From Amoebophrya sp. A120 (Eukaryota > Protista > Dinoflagellata), in contig CAJINV010000009.1 of the NCBI GenBank assembly GCA_905178155.1, forward strand, positions 124,001-188,000: 64,000 nt of DNA, written 5' to 3'. The notes below the pieces were generated by a model. That model was given only the letters and a program-made list of their open reading frames with translations, was not told the origin of the DNA and ran no database searches. Each line of letters opens with the position of its first letter. The stretch's first letter is position 1. Both the position numbers and the translations under genes were made by a program. This document shows positions 10,288 to 22,666 of this stretch, one piece after another.

Positions 10288-12738
10288 ATGATTTCTTCAG
10301 TCGTTCGCTTCATCCTTGTGCTGGTTCTGCACAACTCAGCGATGCTGACGTCTTTGTTGGCGCGGTTTTTGGGACAAGGGGTTTTCCCCAGCGGTTCTTG
10401 CACTGGTTTCAACGCTGTCCACCTGTACGTCGCGGCTGTGCAATCCCGGCTGCGGAACACCAAGATCAAATCTGGTCGTCATCGCGAAGATACGCGCAGT
10501 GCCATAGACAGTGAGGACATACGAAACAGGCCGACAGACAGCAAGGAAGAGGGTGCTGGTGCCAGATTCGTTGCGGCTCCCGAAGAGGTGGAAGACACAG
10601 TGGTTGCGCCTCCCGTCGACGTGGCTTCTAGTGCCACGACGTATGCCCGAGGGAAAGGGAATGATAACGAGGACGGACGTGGCTTAGTGCTGCGCGGCCA
10701 GACGTTGATGGGCGGCGGGACCACAGTGACGCACAGAAGAACTAAATCAAGAATAAAGCCGAGAATTCATTTTTTGCAGAAATGGAAAACGAAAAGGCAG
10801 AATTCGGTATCGGAACAGGATCAACAGGAAGGAGAAACTTCTTTGCCTTCGACCTCGTCGCCCAGAGCATCTGGCGCATCGAAGGACCATGAGGAAAAAC
10901 CTCGGATGATTGCCGACATTGAGAAAAGCCACCGCGAGGACCGTTCGTGGGAGAATCATTTACGACAACACAATGGGGGACAAAATCTTCTGCAAGTCAG
11001 TGCATCACGAAAAACACAAGGCAAACAGGCGCTCGCGAGACAAACTACACTCTTGCACGAGACCAAAGCTGTGCCTAGAATCGACGGGTACTGTTTGGGC
11101 GCCGATGACTTCTTGAACTGCCCCACGACCGGCCCGAAGGCGTCTGTAAGTTTTCGCTCTTCGCAAGATGATGGGCCGGAGATGCAAATCCAACGGCCTT
11201 CCTCGGCGGTCCGGTGCAGGACGAAGCAGACCTTCGACTTTGGGCCGCCGGCGGTTGAATCGCAATCGTCGCGGCCGCGCATGACCGTCCGGTTCGACGC
11301 GCGAAAGGTAAAGCCCGACGTGAACTTTCAAATTGCGTGGTTCGTCGCCCCACTGGACGATGATGGGCCGACGGGTCGGCCGTGGTGCGGCTACCGCTGG
11401 AAGCACGACCGAAACGGCGCATTTAAGTTCCGGACTGCCTCGTGTCTGCAACTTACTCTCGTGGACATGAACGGGAATGCCAACCCTCTCCAAGCAGGGC
11501 GCGCCGCCAGTGGGACCGCCGTTTTTCCCGAACTGGATAGGACGGGTCAGACGGGCGGCGCGATCCAGACGGCAGCGCACACCTGGCAGCTGGATCCCAG
11601 CACCACCGGCGAGCTACTGTTGGAAACGCGCACCGGTCTGCCGAACGACGACTTCGTGTTCAGCGAGGTATTCACGCCGGTAGATAATAAAAGCGATTCG
11701 CAGGAAGTGGTAGAGGCTACACCGTTTGGCGTGACGTTGTCGGGCCATGGCGCACCGTCGCCGACTGCCCCCGTTTATGCGGACTACTCGCTGCCCCGCG
11801 CATGGTTTTACGAAAAGATGAGACAGAACGGGGTGCAGATTGGGGTCTCGCTGTCCACGGGCTTTGTGCCGGTCCAGCAGGGTAGGTTCAGCCAGCGGAT
11901 CGGGGACCTGGCGGGGTCGAAACTTGCTCTGGGCCCCTTGCAGCTCTGGCACGCAAGGGTCGTGCAGGGCGAGGAGCCAAACCTGGTCATCGTCGACGGA
12001 AAATGCGTGCCGCGACAAACTCTTCCGACTTCCGACCAAACAAGCGTGGTCACGGAGGCTCCGTCTCTCGATGTTGCAGTCCCGATCACCAATCCTGTCA
12101 AGACCACCACCACACCTACTCCTACAATTCGTACTAGTACCCCCACCAACATTATCCCAGCCACCACAACAGTTCCCACCTCCAGCACCTCTACTTCTAC
12201 CGTCACTCCCACAGCCACAATTCTGCCCACGACAGCTACCGCCCCCATAACCACCCCCATGCCAACATCCAGCGCTACCGACAGCAGTACTAGTGCGAGC
12301 ACAAGCACAGCAGCGTCTGAATCCAACATGACCGCGACTGGTTCGTCGAATACCAGCACAGTAGCGCCGACGTCCTCTGACACCGAGATGAACACCCCTG
12401 CCGCCACAAGCACCAATGCGACGGGGACAATTATGAGCACCAGTGCCCCACCAGCGATCAACCGCCTTGAAGGAAACGCAAATCTTACCGATGGAGGCGT
12501 GCTGCCAGAAATAGCTGGGCACATAGGCCTCCCTGTAGTCTCTGCAATGGCCAACGCGAGTACAACTGGTGATTGTAGCGAGACCTGGGGGAAGTGCACC
12601 GATGCGGAGTGTTGTCAACTCGAAATGGAGCATTGCGTGCGAGATGTGAAGAACGAAAGCGAAAGACTCTGCGTGCCGGACGAATTAATGTTAGAGTACT
12701 TCGCGAATGCAACCAATGAAGACAAGCTACTGAAATGA
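10288..12738 (+). CDS. Secreted protein: possible degenerate GH7/GH16-like domain, Thr/Ser-rich linker and small Cys-rich C-terminal module
   Basis: 816-aa ORF with a signal-like N-terminus, a globular region (about aa 265-575), a mucin-like T/S/P linker and CSETWGKC...CC...C...C. The glycoside hydrolase resemblance is by eye only. Confidence 0.7.
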   Translation: MISSVVRFILVLVLHNSAMLTSLLARFLGQGVFPSGSCTGFNAVHLYVAAVQSRLRNTKIKSGRHREDTRSAIDSEDIRNRPTDSKEEGAGARFVAAPEEVEDTVVAPPVDVASSATTYARGKGNDNEDGRGLVLRGQTLMGGGTTVTHRRTKSRIKPRIHFLQKWKTKRQNSVSEQDQQEGETSLPSTSSPRASGASKDHEEKPRMIADIEKSHREDRSWENHLRQHNGGQNLLQVSASRKTQGKQALARQTTLLHETKAVPRIDGYCLGADDFLNCPTTGPKASVSFRSSQDDGPEMQIQRPSSAVRCRTKQTFDFGPPAVESQSSRPRMTVRFDARKVKPDVNFQIAWFVAPLDDDGPTGRPWCGYRWKHDRNGAFKFRTASCLQLTLVDMNGNANPLQAGRAASGTAVFPELDRTGQTGGAIQTAAHTWQLDPSTTGELLLETRTGLPNDDFVFSEVFTPVDNKSDSQEVVEATPFGVTLSGHGAPSPTAPVYADYSLPRAWFYEKMRQNGVQIGVSLSTGFVPVQQGRFSQRIGDLAGSKLALGPLQLWHARVVQGEEPNLVIVDGKCVPRQTLPTSDQTSVVTEAPSLDVAVPITNPVKTTTTPTPTIRTSTPTNIIPATTTVPTSSTSTSTVTPTATILPTTATAPITTPMPTSSATDSSTSASTSTAASESNMTATGSSNTSTVAPTSSDTEMNTPAATSTNATGTIMSTSAPPAINRLEGNANLTDGGVLPEIAGHIGLPVVSAMANASTTGDCSETWGKCTDAECCQLEMEHCVRDVKNESERLCVPDELMLEYFANATNEDKLLK

Positions 12739-12862
12739 AAATCGGTCTTCGATCAGCAGCACACGATTTTGCGTAAGTTTTCGCATACATTTCTGCATTT
12801 TTATGTGCATGAGGCCTGTGAGAACCGACACGGATTGCATTCTTCTGAGTTCATGTCTGTAG

Positions 12863-13928
12863 ATCTTTCGTTGTTGCGCGACTGGCGAGTAAAGCTGAAA
12901 TCAAAAGGAAAACTGCGCACTGTTGCTCGCTGAACGAGCGGCGATTTTCAACTGCATACAACTTGCCAGCGCCGCCGGAAGAGGCCGGAATGCTGCACTC
13001 CCCTTCTGCCTTGCGTAGCGCTATCGTGCCACGAGGGTCGGAGTCCGGCAACGTGCGCACACTCCTCCTGGTTGCGGCCGCGGTGGTCCTGATCGCCGGA
13101 ATGGTATATCTGTTGCTTCACTGTCTTTACGGCACTGACCGTCATTCCGCGGCCGCCTGGTCGTTGAGCGACGCCGAGGACGCCGAGGTGATGGCCGAGT
13201 CTTCATCCGACTATCACTCCTACGATCCGTCGACGGGAGGTTCCGCGGCCTCGTCGAAACAAGCTGCTCTCGGGGAGCAGACGAGCAAAAGAACCGATCA
13301 TGGGGATAAGCACAAATCGGACAAGCAAGCAGAAGCACTGCAGGAGCAACTTGCACAGGATTCTGCATCTTCATCTTCCGCTCTTCCGCAGTCTCCGCCT
13401 GTTCCTTCGCCAGAGCAGGGTTCCCCTGGACAACCAGACGCGGCGAGAAAGAAGAAGCTGAAAGGCAAGCGCCAAGCAGAAGGAGGTCCAGGAGGCACGG
13501 AAGCCAGCTCTGCCGGAACCCGAATCGGTTCAGTGAAAAGGAGCCAACGTGGTGCACAGCAACTCGTTCCGGCAATTCCAGCCGTCGCAGACAGCAACCC
13601 AAAACCTCGGTTCTGGGACAGGTTCCGGAGGAACCGGTCCAAGACTCCACCTCCAGCACCTAGTGTTAAAGCGACCACGCCTCCGGTGGTCCCGACGCCC
13701 ACGCCGATGCTCACAAACTTGCTACAGCGGGCGAAGCTTGTTCGGCCTGCGGCGAGCCCCCAAACGCAACAGGGTGCTGAGGTGAACTCGTATCCAGGTA
13801 AACAGGAGCGGAGCCCGAGCGGCGCCGCGCTGTCGCAGGTGGACTGGGAGAGCCAACTGCGACAAACCGATCAAGTAGGAACTAGTAATCTCTCTTTCCT
13901 AGCCGATCAGCTGGAGGATAAGCTTTAG
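12863..13928 (+). CDS. Single-pass membrane protein with a Pro/Ser-rich tail; 5' end uncertain
   Basis: The frame is open from a TGTAG acceptor ending at 12862 to the stop at 13928, with TM helix LLLVAAAVVLIAGMVYLLLHCLY. A phase-compatible donor (GC|GTAAGT) lies at 12773. Confidence 0.6.
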
Positions 13929-14712
13929 CCTTAACATTTTTTACCTGCATGGATAGGTAGCGCTACAAACAAGAGAGAAACACTTTGGAGTCCTGTTCTT
14001 TGTATACTTTTTCTGGATCGGCGGGCTTGTATCGAGACCGCTTTCATCAGAAACTCCTGAGCCATACGCCTAATTTTTCATAATCATAAGCGTATGGACA
14101 TGGAGTCCCGTGCTGTGTTTTTCGCTTCCAATCGTTCGACTCACTGAACAAAGAAAAAGCAGTGCTGAGATACGTGTTTAGTACAAGTCTTCAACCCACC
14201 TGTGGCAATTTTTGCTCTGTTCTCTCGTGATCTCAGCTACTTTTGTAAAGTCAGCAAAATTCCTGCGAGCTCTTGTGTATTTCGTTCATCAGAATGCCCA
14301 TGTACACACTACGTGTGCCAGACCGTCGGGCATCACAACGACGTGTAGCCCACTAATCATGCGTTTTTCGTGCGTATTCGTAGTCGTACTTGACATGTAG
14401 TACGAAGACGTCGTAGAATGTGAGTTCGTAGTAGGTTGTCCTTTCACTTCTGTACTAGTGCTAGGCTCTTCCACCACGGCGAAGGGTTCCCACGTCAAAC
14501 CAAGCTTCGAGCCATTCGCATATTGTTCAAGATTCAGATTGAATACAGGTCTGCGATTCCCAGTGGAAGCGGAATTTTCTGAGACGTCCTGCAGTTGTCC
14601 CTTTCGTAAGTTCCTCAATCTGTTTCCACTTTGATAAGAAACAGAACAATCACTTTGAAGCTGCGCTATCACCTTTCCTTTCCCCATTACTTTCATCTAG
14701 AAACGATATCAA

Positions 14713-17144
14713 ATGATGGAAGTGGGCAGCAGGAGCGGCATCATCGTGTTTCGGCGCGGCAACAGGCTAGTTGCTACTTCCCTGTGGTCCGCGCTCGTAA
14801 CAGTTCATGTCGCCGCTCTGAGCTTCGAGAAGGTGATGAAGCACAAACAGCGCACGATCTTAAAGACCACGGAAGCGGGGCGGTCGGCTGGGAAGAATTT
14901 GAACCCGAAACTGCATCGCGGCCGGGCCTCCGTGGAGGATGGTGGTGTTCCTGAAAACTTCGTGAACGAGACGTCCGCTTTCGTGCAAGTTGGTCTTAAG
15001 AGGAGCTGCGGCGCTATGTGCGGCGATTCGGAGGAGGCGCTCAACGACGGCACTCTTGCAACGTCGCAGCTCGGGGGGCCGGCCTGGTTTCTGGAGAACG
15101 AGGCTATGATTCTGGATCCAGCGGGGCTGGGCAGCAACGGAGACGGTTGCGCTTTCACGTTCATGAGCTGCCAGAACGAACGGTGCTGTGCCTCCGCGCT
15201 GGACGCGTGCGTTGTCGTTTTCGATGCGTATTTTGCGATGTGCGTCCCTCACAAAGACGCGACCTACGCGTGGGTCTTCGACAAGGACACAAACCCGGCG
15301 TATCGCCAACTGTTCAAGAGCGACGGCGACATCCCTCCGACGATTTCGGAAAACACGTGCACGGACGGCTTTTTCGCCAAGGACTGCGACCAAACGCAGA
15401 ACCGGTGCTGCCTGGAGAACGCCGGAGTCTACTGCTACCAGGCCGACGCAGCAGCCAATCTTCCCTTCACCGCGATGTGCCGTCCCGCCTGCGGACAGGA
15501 CAACTTCCCCTGCGCTGGATGTGTGAGCCCGGAGTGTGGTACCTCTGGCGCTCCAACTCCCGCACCCGAAGGTCCGGGGCCCTCGCCGCCCTCGCCAAAT
15601 CCTTCACCATCCGGAGGTGGTACTGGCACCGGTTCCTCAGAAGCCGCAGACTGTGCTGACGACAAAAGCGGGGAAAGTTGTCTCGAGAAAAGCTGCTGCG
15701 CAGGACTGACGTGCCACAAAAAAAATGAGTATTGGAGTGCTTGCAGTGCGGCCACCAACTGCTGCACCTTCGTCCAGCAAATTGGGGAAGACGTGAATGA
15801 CTGGGAGTGCTGTACTCCTGAGCTGCTGGAACAAGCCAATTTAGCTGGTGCTGGTGCGGTCGAGGAAGTTCAATGCGGCAGCAATTCCACCGCATCCCCC
15901 TGGCCGATGGAGGCATCGAGCGGTACGGAGTTTCGTCTGCAAGTCGGCCAGGACCCATTTGCCACGAGTACACTACCGAGCGTGCTGACACATCCGGGAA
16001 CTGACACGTACGGGCACATCGACAAACTGGTTTGGGACCAGAAGTTTGGTCTTTCTCATTACTGGGATTGCTGTACCATGCCTGGGTGTGCAAAAATTGG
16101 CGATGGCCACCTGAAAGTTGCGAATCCGAGCTTCGCACCGTATGCCCCAACCGACGCGGAAAAAAGCGCCTACGGGGAAAAGCTGTGGGTTACCGCAGCT
16201 GCCTCGGATTTCTTGCGACAACTGGAAATCGAGGACCTCGATCCGGCTCGGCATCCGGACCCCCGCCCGTACTGCTTCATGGTGCGCTACCGCGACTCGC
16301 TCGGGGGCGAAGACTTCAACGTGATGGTGCGGGTGACCAACAGTTGTCAGGGAGATGCAAACCCGCTCTTTATCACATTGGAAAGTAGAGTTGTCTCGAA
16401 CCCAGAACAAGATAGAAGCAAAGGTTTTCCATGCGAAGCTTCGCCGGTGAATCTTGAATGTTCATCTTGCATGTAGCAGCACATGCAGGCTGAGTAGTCT
16501 TCAATTGTTCAGAGGAGCATAGAATTGAAGTAGAAATGCGTGGCGTAGATGTAGAAGCCGTAGACAGAGGAGCAGAAGGTGCAGGATTTGCAATGTAACA
16601 GGTTTCGTGCGCGTTTGGGCTCTGAACAGAAAACAAGTTTGCATTTGGAACGTCCACCTTTGCGATGCTAAAAATGCTGAAGTTTGTCAAGTACGACTTT
16701 GGGTCCGGGGCGCTTTCTAGTTGCATACTGTGCAAAGCGCCGTACCGGCACCTGGACATTGCAGCGCCGGGCTTCGATACTGAGGCAGCCAGTTCAGCTC
16801 GTTATGAGTACGGGTGCGAGTGCAAGCAGAAACTGAACCCCTTTCAGAAAGGGTATTTCGACTCCGAGGATCAGTCGCTGAGCGAGCAAGAGCGCATCAA
16901 ACTCGCGTTCAAGATGATGACCATTCAAGATTTGGCGTTGTACGGCTACGTCAAAGACGGCGAAATCAAGGACACTGCCAAAGAAATCTGCGAGGAGCTG
17001 AGCAGCAGAAAGCACAATGACATGCCAAGCGGTGCCTCGTTTCAGGCTGGGTGCCTGAACTTCCTGAACTGGGGCTGGCCCAACACAGGACCCGGAAACA
17101 ATGCTTGGAAGAATGACCCGGGCGAGGGCGACTGGAGAGACTAA
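14713..17144 (+). CDS. Secreted GH45-family endoglucanase with N-terminal Cys-rich CBM1-like repeats; two exons (14713-16365 and 16728-17144), ~689 aa
   Basis: GH45 motifs SHYWDCC (cf. TRYWDCC), TAAAS, MVRVTN, HLDIAAPG (cf. HFDIAIPG) and FQAGC..FLNW. CCAGLTCHKKNEYWSAC resembles CBM1. A Pro/Gly linker separates the parts. The in-frame join needs removal of 362 nt. Confidence 0.75.
16371..16727. mobile_element. Degenerate TIR introner-like insertion (357 bp) inside the GH45 domain
   Basis: TAT...ATA ends with imperfect inverted repeats (TATCACATTGGAAAG versus the reverse complement of the right end, TATGCAACTAGAAAG). The flanks CTCTT and CTGTG match at 3 of 5 positions. Removal gives ...GDANPL-CKAPYRHLDI. 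Confidence 0.6.
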
Positions 17145-19243
17145 GGATCAAAAATCAGCCACCTCAGAAGGTCCGTGATTGTTGTAATATGGTAGTGCAC
17201 TGAGAAAATATAAATAAAGTTTCAGACTGTTTTTGTTTCTGTCCATAGAAATCATGGGACATGCTTTGCGTCTCTCGCGCAAAAAAGGGAAGCAAGCTTT
17301 AGCAGAGCCCGATGCTGTTCTTTCGCATTGGATGTTCAGAAACAGTGATATTCAAGACTTGCTATGCACTGACGACCATGATGATCACGGTACCTGGAGG
17401 TGACTGACAATTCCTTCTGCATACGCGCGAGCCCAATGACGACTGTACAGCGACACCGACCTGGAACAACCCGTATGCCGAAGGCGCGGTCCTTTTCGAC
17501 TGGGATGGCAAGTGCACTCCCGAGTTTGAACGGCGACTCGCTTGTGATACGCTGAAAGAGCCGACGAACTACGATGACGTCGACCAGCAAGTCTGGGAGA
17601 TTATCGCGTGCAAACATGTATGTCAAGGTCAGGGAAAAACAAACAAAAAGAACAAAAACGAAAAACTGCATGTAAATGATTGCAATTGTAGTTTTGTCAC
17701 GGTTTGCCGTTCCTTCTTGCGTGCGCAAGCAGCCTCTTCGTTTGTTGATTATATCCATGTCTCGACAATATTTGAAACAAAGACACCGTAGATACTGCGC
17801 GATCTTGGATTCTTTATATTGATGTATCTTTGACCGAAAAGACAGTGCCACCCAACAACAACAGGAGTGCTTTCTCACCAGATACAGTTCTGAATGTGCT
17901 CAGGACTACTCTCTAGTGCGTTAGTTTGCTGGGAGTGGGAAGTCAACAAGCCCATGTATTCGTTGCATATGCTTCCCCAGATACGACCCTGACTAGATTT
18001 TTGCATTGCATAGCGTCTTCGTCTCTGCCGTTTTAGCTCGGGCACGTCGGAAGCGGTAACGACCAAAATGGTCTGGGGGGACGAGGCTTTATGACTTTGT
18101 GCGTTTCAATCGATGCGAACCAAGATGAGAATGACATCGATTGGCTTCTGGACTTGTTGGTTCAGTTTTTCTAGTTTTCATATTTTCTATACCTACCTAC
18201 CTTTTTCTAACAAACCACATACATCTGAAAGTTGTTCATTCATTTTGTGCATTGATCGATACCTTTAGCTACCCCAAGTGAAAGTGCCATATCTGCCGAA
18301 ATACAAGAAGTATCAAGATAAGGTTAAAGAAAAAGACGTTTCATCAAGTACTTGGAGTGTTTAGCGTTTCCCTCATCATTCAGTATTTGGCCTGCACCTT
18401 TTGTTTGATGTCGATCCCCATCAAGCAGTGGACCGCTAATAATTGCCTCGACACCCCAAGTCGCTCCGAATCCAACTGCGTTGAAAGCCTCTGTGCTTTT
18501 ACACATGGAATCAAATACACGCGAGTAAATGATTAAGTACATACATGTCTGTTGTGTTTTTCGCCTGTTCTCTACTGCATTTACACTTCGTTTTCACCGT
18601 CGTTGACAGCATCGAAGGGCCTTATTCAGCAGCTCGGCGCGGTCAGATCGCCACTGCTGCGGCCTGTTGTCATTGTCGAACTTATACTCGTCTCGAGAGA
18701 TTTCGAAAATCGTATTTGGCTGCCAGAGGAGAGTGAATCGAATCGTGCTTGAAGACAGTCGAGAGTCGAACTGTCCCTGAATCCAAGGTAAAACAACATG
18801 ATGGTGGAAACGGAAATCCATCGAATAAAATTCGTGCGTTTCGTGACAAGTATGGATGATGTCGGACGAGCACGCCCACAGGAGAAAAGAAAAAAAACAG
18901 TTTTTGACGGAATAACGCTAACAAGAAAATAACCTGTCAAAAGTATAGCAAGAACTTCAAAGACTAATGGTCGCTGCGAGCGGCTGCACGCCATTCGGGC
19001 GGTCTCGCCGCTTCGGGGTTCATCTTCTCTTTGGCCGGGATAGGTGGTAAACGTTCAGCTCAGGCTACAGCAGAACCGCAACGAAAAGAACGTCCCTGCA
19101 CCAGCGTGAAGGGTCCGAGAAGCAGCGGAAATAAGTACATTCCCGCACTCCACGTAGGATCACGAAAAGCCTGTGCGCAACGGTAAAGACAGTCAGGAGA
19201 AGCAAGTGTCGCACTGGCCGACCGCTGCTTTTGCGAGAACAAG

Positions 19244-21280
19244 ATGGTGAATCAACAGGACCAGCAGCTCTACCGGGAGGAACCACCCGAAGATGGTTCA
19301 TTTTTCGCGAATATCCACCAGGACAAGCGAGTACTTATTTTGATTCCAGCATTTTTTCCAAAATGTCAATGTGATCATGTTCAGGGCTTTTTTGATTGCT
19401 ATGTGTGATGTTGTTTTAGCTGGGATACGCGATCAGGAACGCCTTGGCTTCCCGCATGCGACCGGCCTTGGCTTCCCGCATGCGCGTGATTGAATGTCAC
19501 CGTTCTTCTTCTTACCAATAAATGTGGTCGTCTTGTTGATTGATTCTAGCAGTCCATGCGACAGCTACCACCGTCTGTATGTCAGGTATATCGGGGAAGT
19601 ACGTATGCCAACGGCAGACCGGGAGCAGGACCACAGAGAAGTCCAAAGCGAGTAAAAAAGAGAACAGAGCCCGAAGCTGCAAATCCATTTTCTATCGACC
19701 TGCCGAAGCCAGAAAGAATCCCCGTCGACTTGCTCAGGTAATGAAACAACTAAACCGTAGTTTCGTTTGCCGTAATGCATATGCATTGTGCGATCGATTT
19801 CGATTCCGCTCGTTGATCCTGTTTCGACCTGTATCCTTTTTGACGATTTCCTGGATTAAGATTCAATTTTCAAACATTTTCACAGCCATCTCGTGGAACC
19901 CCGGCCCCAGCTGCACCATGCCTCGGAGAGCTCACAGACAGATAATTTCAAGCCCCGGCCGCCAGAGCCGAAGTTCGTCCCAAAAAAGACCGGGGTGGAC
20001 GCGGCAACACACATACCGGAGGGAGAGCTTTTCAAATTTGACACCGAAATCGAGCCCGTGCTAAATGTACACAAGATCATTGTTTTCATGTGAATTCGAT
20101 TTGAATAACCGCGTGTGTTCGGCGCATCCGTATATTCATGCTCATGCTCCTTTGATGTTAGTATCGTACAGTTGAAATAAAGACACTTTTCAATTTCGTT
20201 TGGAATGGATGCTTCTCTCACGAAATGCAGGTCCTGGTTACAAAAACGATTGAACAAGCTGTAATGGAAGTGGAGGAGGAGCTCGAAATGCAAGCAATGA
20301 CGGCGTACAAGTCATCCTGGCTCGAGGATTGCAGAATACGCCGCGAAGAGGAGCTTGCCGAAGTAGAAGCCGAGAGGGCGCGGTAAGAAATCGTTCGATA
20401 TTTTTGTGTGAGCTGGTGTGACATAATGAATTTCGAATTCGATATAGGAGGGGATGATTTTCTCACGAACACGAATAAAGGTCGTAGCTACAAACATACA
20501 CCTTGCTTCTCGCACTCAACTACACAGCATGGCTGCCACCGAGCGGCTCAAGCGAAAGAGGATAGCGGCCCGGGAGAGCGAGTTGCGCAAGAAAATTCTC
20601 TGCCAATACGCCTCCAAGCGGTATCTTTCGGGATTGTGCTCCGGTGCCCTGGAGAGTGTGCAGGCCGACCACGGGCTTTTTCCTGCTGCAGAGAGAAGAA
20701 TCATCGCCGCCGAGTTTCTGCCTTGGGTACCTACTAGGGATATTCTGTAACTTGTTGTTTTTTCCAATGCCAAGAAGAAGCTTGCTCCACATTGTTTTTC
20801 CAATGACGGCGTATAGCCTTTTGAATTCCTGAACCTGATGCGAGATCGTTTCGGCTTTGAAGAAGACCCATAGCAACAGATTTAAAGAGGCTTATTGTGG
20901 CGCGCGTCATATTTTTGAAAAAAGACCGTGCGGCACTTTATCACTGCCGACGAGTACATGTAAAATGATGAACCTCTACCTGGAATAAACGCAAAGTGAA
21001 ATAAGAAACTCGACAAACATCAAAGGTGCTTACCCAGACGACCAAGAAGCTCGCGGACTGCAAAAGGAACGACGCGATCGTCAGTGACCTCGTGCGCACC
21101 AATTGCATGGAGCGCTTCACAAGCAGGAAAAAAGTCCTTACCGAGCTCGAGCAGAAGCAGGCGGAGCTCGACCAAGCCGAGCTGGCCCGGCGGGAGGAGG
21201 AGCGCAGGTATGTGCCACCGCCAGACCCGGTTGATGAGGAGAAACCCGATGAAGAGGAGGAAGCAGCGGCGGATGAGTAA
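19244..21280 (+). CDS. RSP3: Flagellar radial spoke protein 3; exons 19244-19330, 19586-19737, 19886-20066, 20231-20382, 20528-20726, 21026-21280
   Basis: Spliced motifs ANIHQDKR|VYRGSTYA, QTDNFKPRPPEPKFVPKKTGVDAATHIPEGELFKFDTEIEPVLN|VLVTKTIEQAVMEV and EFLPW match RSP3/RSPH3. The five GT-AG introns are phase-consistent. Confidence 0.9.
19441..19484 (+). repeat. Short direct duplication (GCCTTGGCTTCCCGCATGCG twice, 24-bp period) in RSP3 intron 1
   Basis: Exact 20-mer at 19441-19460 and 19465-19484. Confidence 0.9.
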
Positions 21281-22666
21281 AGAATAGGTCTGCAAGAAGA
21301 AGAAGAAGAACCATCAAATCCTCGGTCGGTGCGACGCAGAAACTAATCGCAGTTTTTGTTGTGCCTCGTCCGCGGGGGAAATGAAAGACATGCAGATAAA
21401 GCCGTTGCCTGCATTGCCATGCGGCCGAATCAAATAAAGTCTCATTGTTGCGATTGATACAAGGAAGGTAGAAGCACGATAAATAACGATAACCCTTAAC
21501 AATTTGATACAAGAGTTTGTTGCTAATTGATACAGTCACTGAGCAGACGTTGCTGTCTGTAAAGCGAGAAATCTTGAGTAAAGTTTGTCAACGAAAAATA
21601 CCGGTGGGCAGGCGTCGTCCTAGCAGGTTGGTATTGGCGTCGAGAAGAGTGAGCGCGTTCTGCTCGACGGACGATTACAGAGCTTTTGAAAAATCCACAC
21701 TTCACACCGAAAATGAAATGTACAAAAAGAAAAAACACGACACAAATGAAAGCTTTCGATGTAAATGGAGCGTTTCTACTTCATCCTACACAGCAGTTTA
21801 CAGGAAATGTCTAAAGGAGACTAAAAGAACGAAGTTTCCTGCCCTTCATGATTCCCGTGTTTTCTTTCTGCCAGCCACTTGGCTTCCATACCCAAAGGTG
21901 AGTGCGAACAGGTTTGTCCGGGAATTTCGTTCCGTTTTCGGTCTCGTCGGAAAAAAAAATCGTTGGTTGATTATGTTTTGCGTCCTGGTAGTTCAAGTTC
22001 TCTCCAGTTTTGAGAGAGAAATACGAGCCAAAATGTGAGACGTGCAAAATTGTATACAGCCTTTAGGGAAGAGTTTCACACACACACTGACCTCACGTAA
22101 TCCTCTTGCAAAGCACAGCCGCTGTCAGCGCAGCGCTCCTAGTCACTTCTTGTGACAGGCAAGCTTTCCTGCTTTGCCACGTCGGAACAAAAAATCAGTG
22201 TGGTCAAACTCGCGAGAGAAAACCAAACGCGTTGGTGAACGGAAAAAAGCTATATCAAAATGTCGTCTTGTTATTCTTTCCTCTAGGGAGCGCGGTCTCG
22301 CCGCGGTGTTCTTGATCACTCTAAAAGAATGTTTCAGCCGGGCCCGTTATTGAGCTTCACAGGCCCTTGGCAGCTGGGCAGCGGCGCAGTTGTTGCGCAC
22401 CCCTCAGACCATCAAGCGCAGCAACATGGTACTTCAGACGATTTCCAATGCCATGCCTCCTGGTATCTCAGGGCAAGTGATAAGTTGTTGTGTGTGATGG
22501 CGGATTTTTTTGGCCACGACGAGACTCAATTAAGTACTGGAATGAATATCAACAAGTGCAGAAGCACAAATTACAATTCTAAGGTAGTGCAACGCAGCAG
22601 CCACAGCAGCGCTCGGCGTCCTCAAGCGCGAATAAAGCAGGACAAGTCAAGAAGCAATCCAACCTG

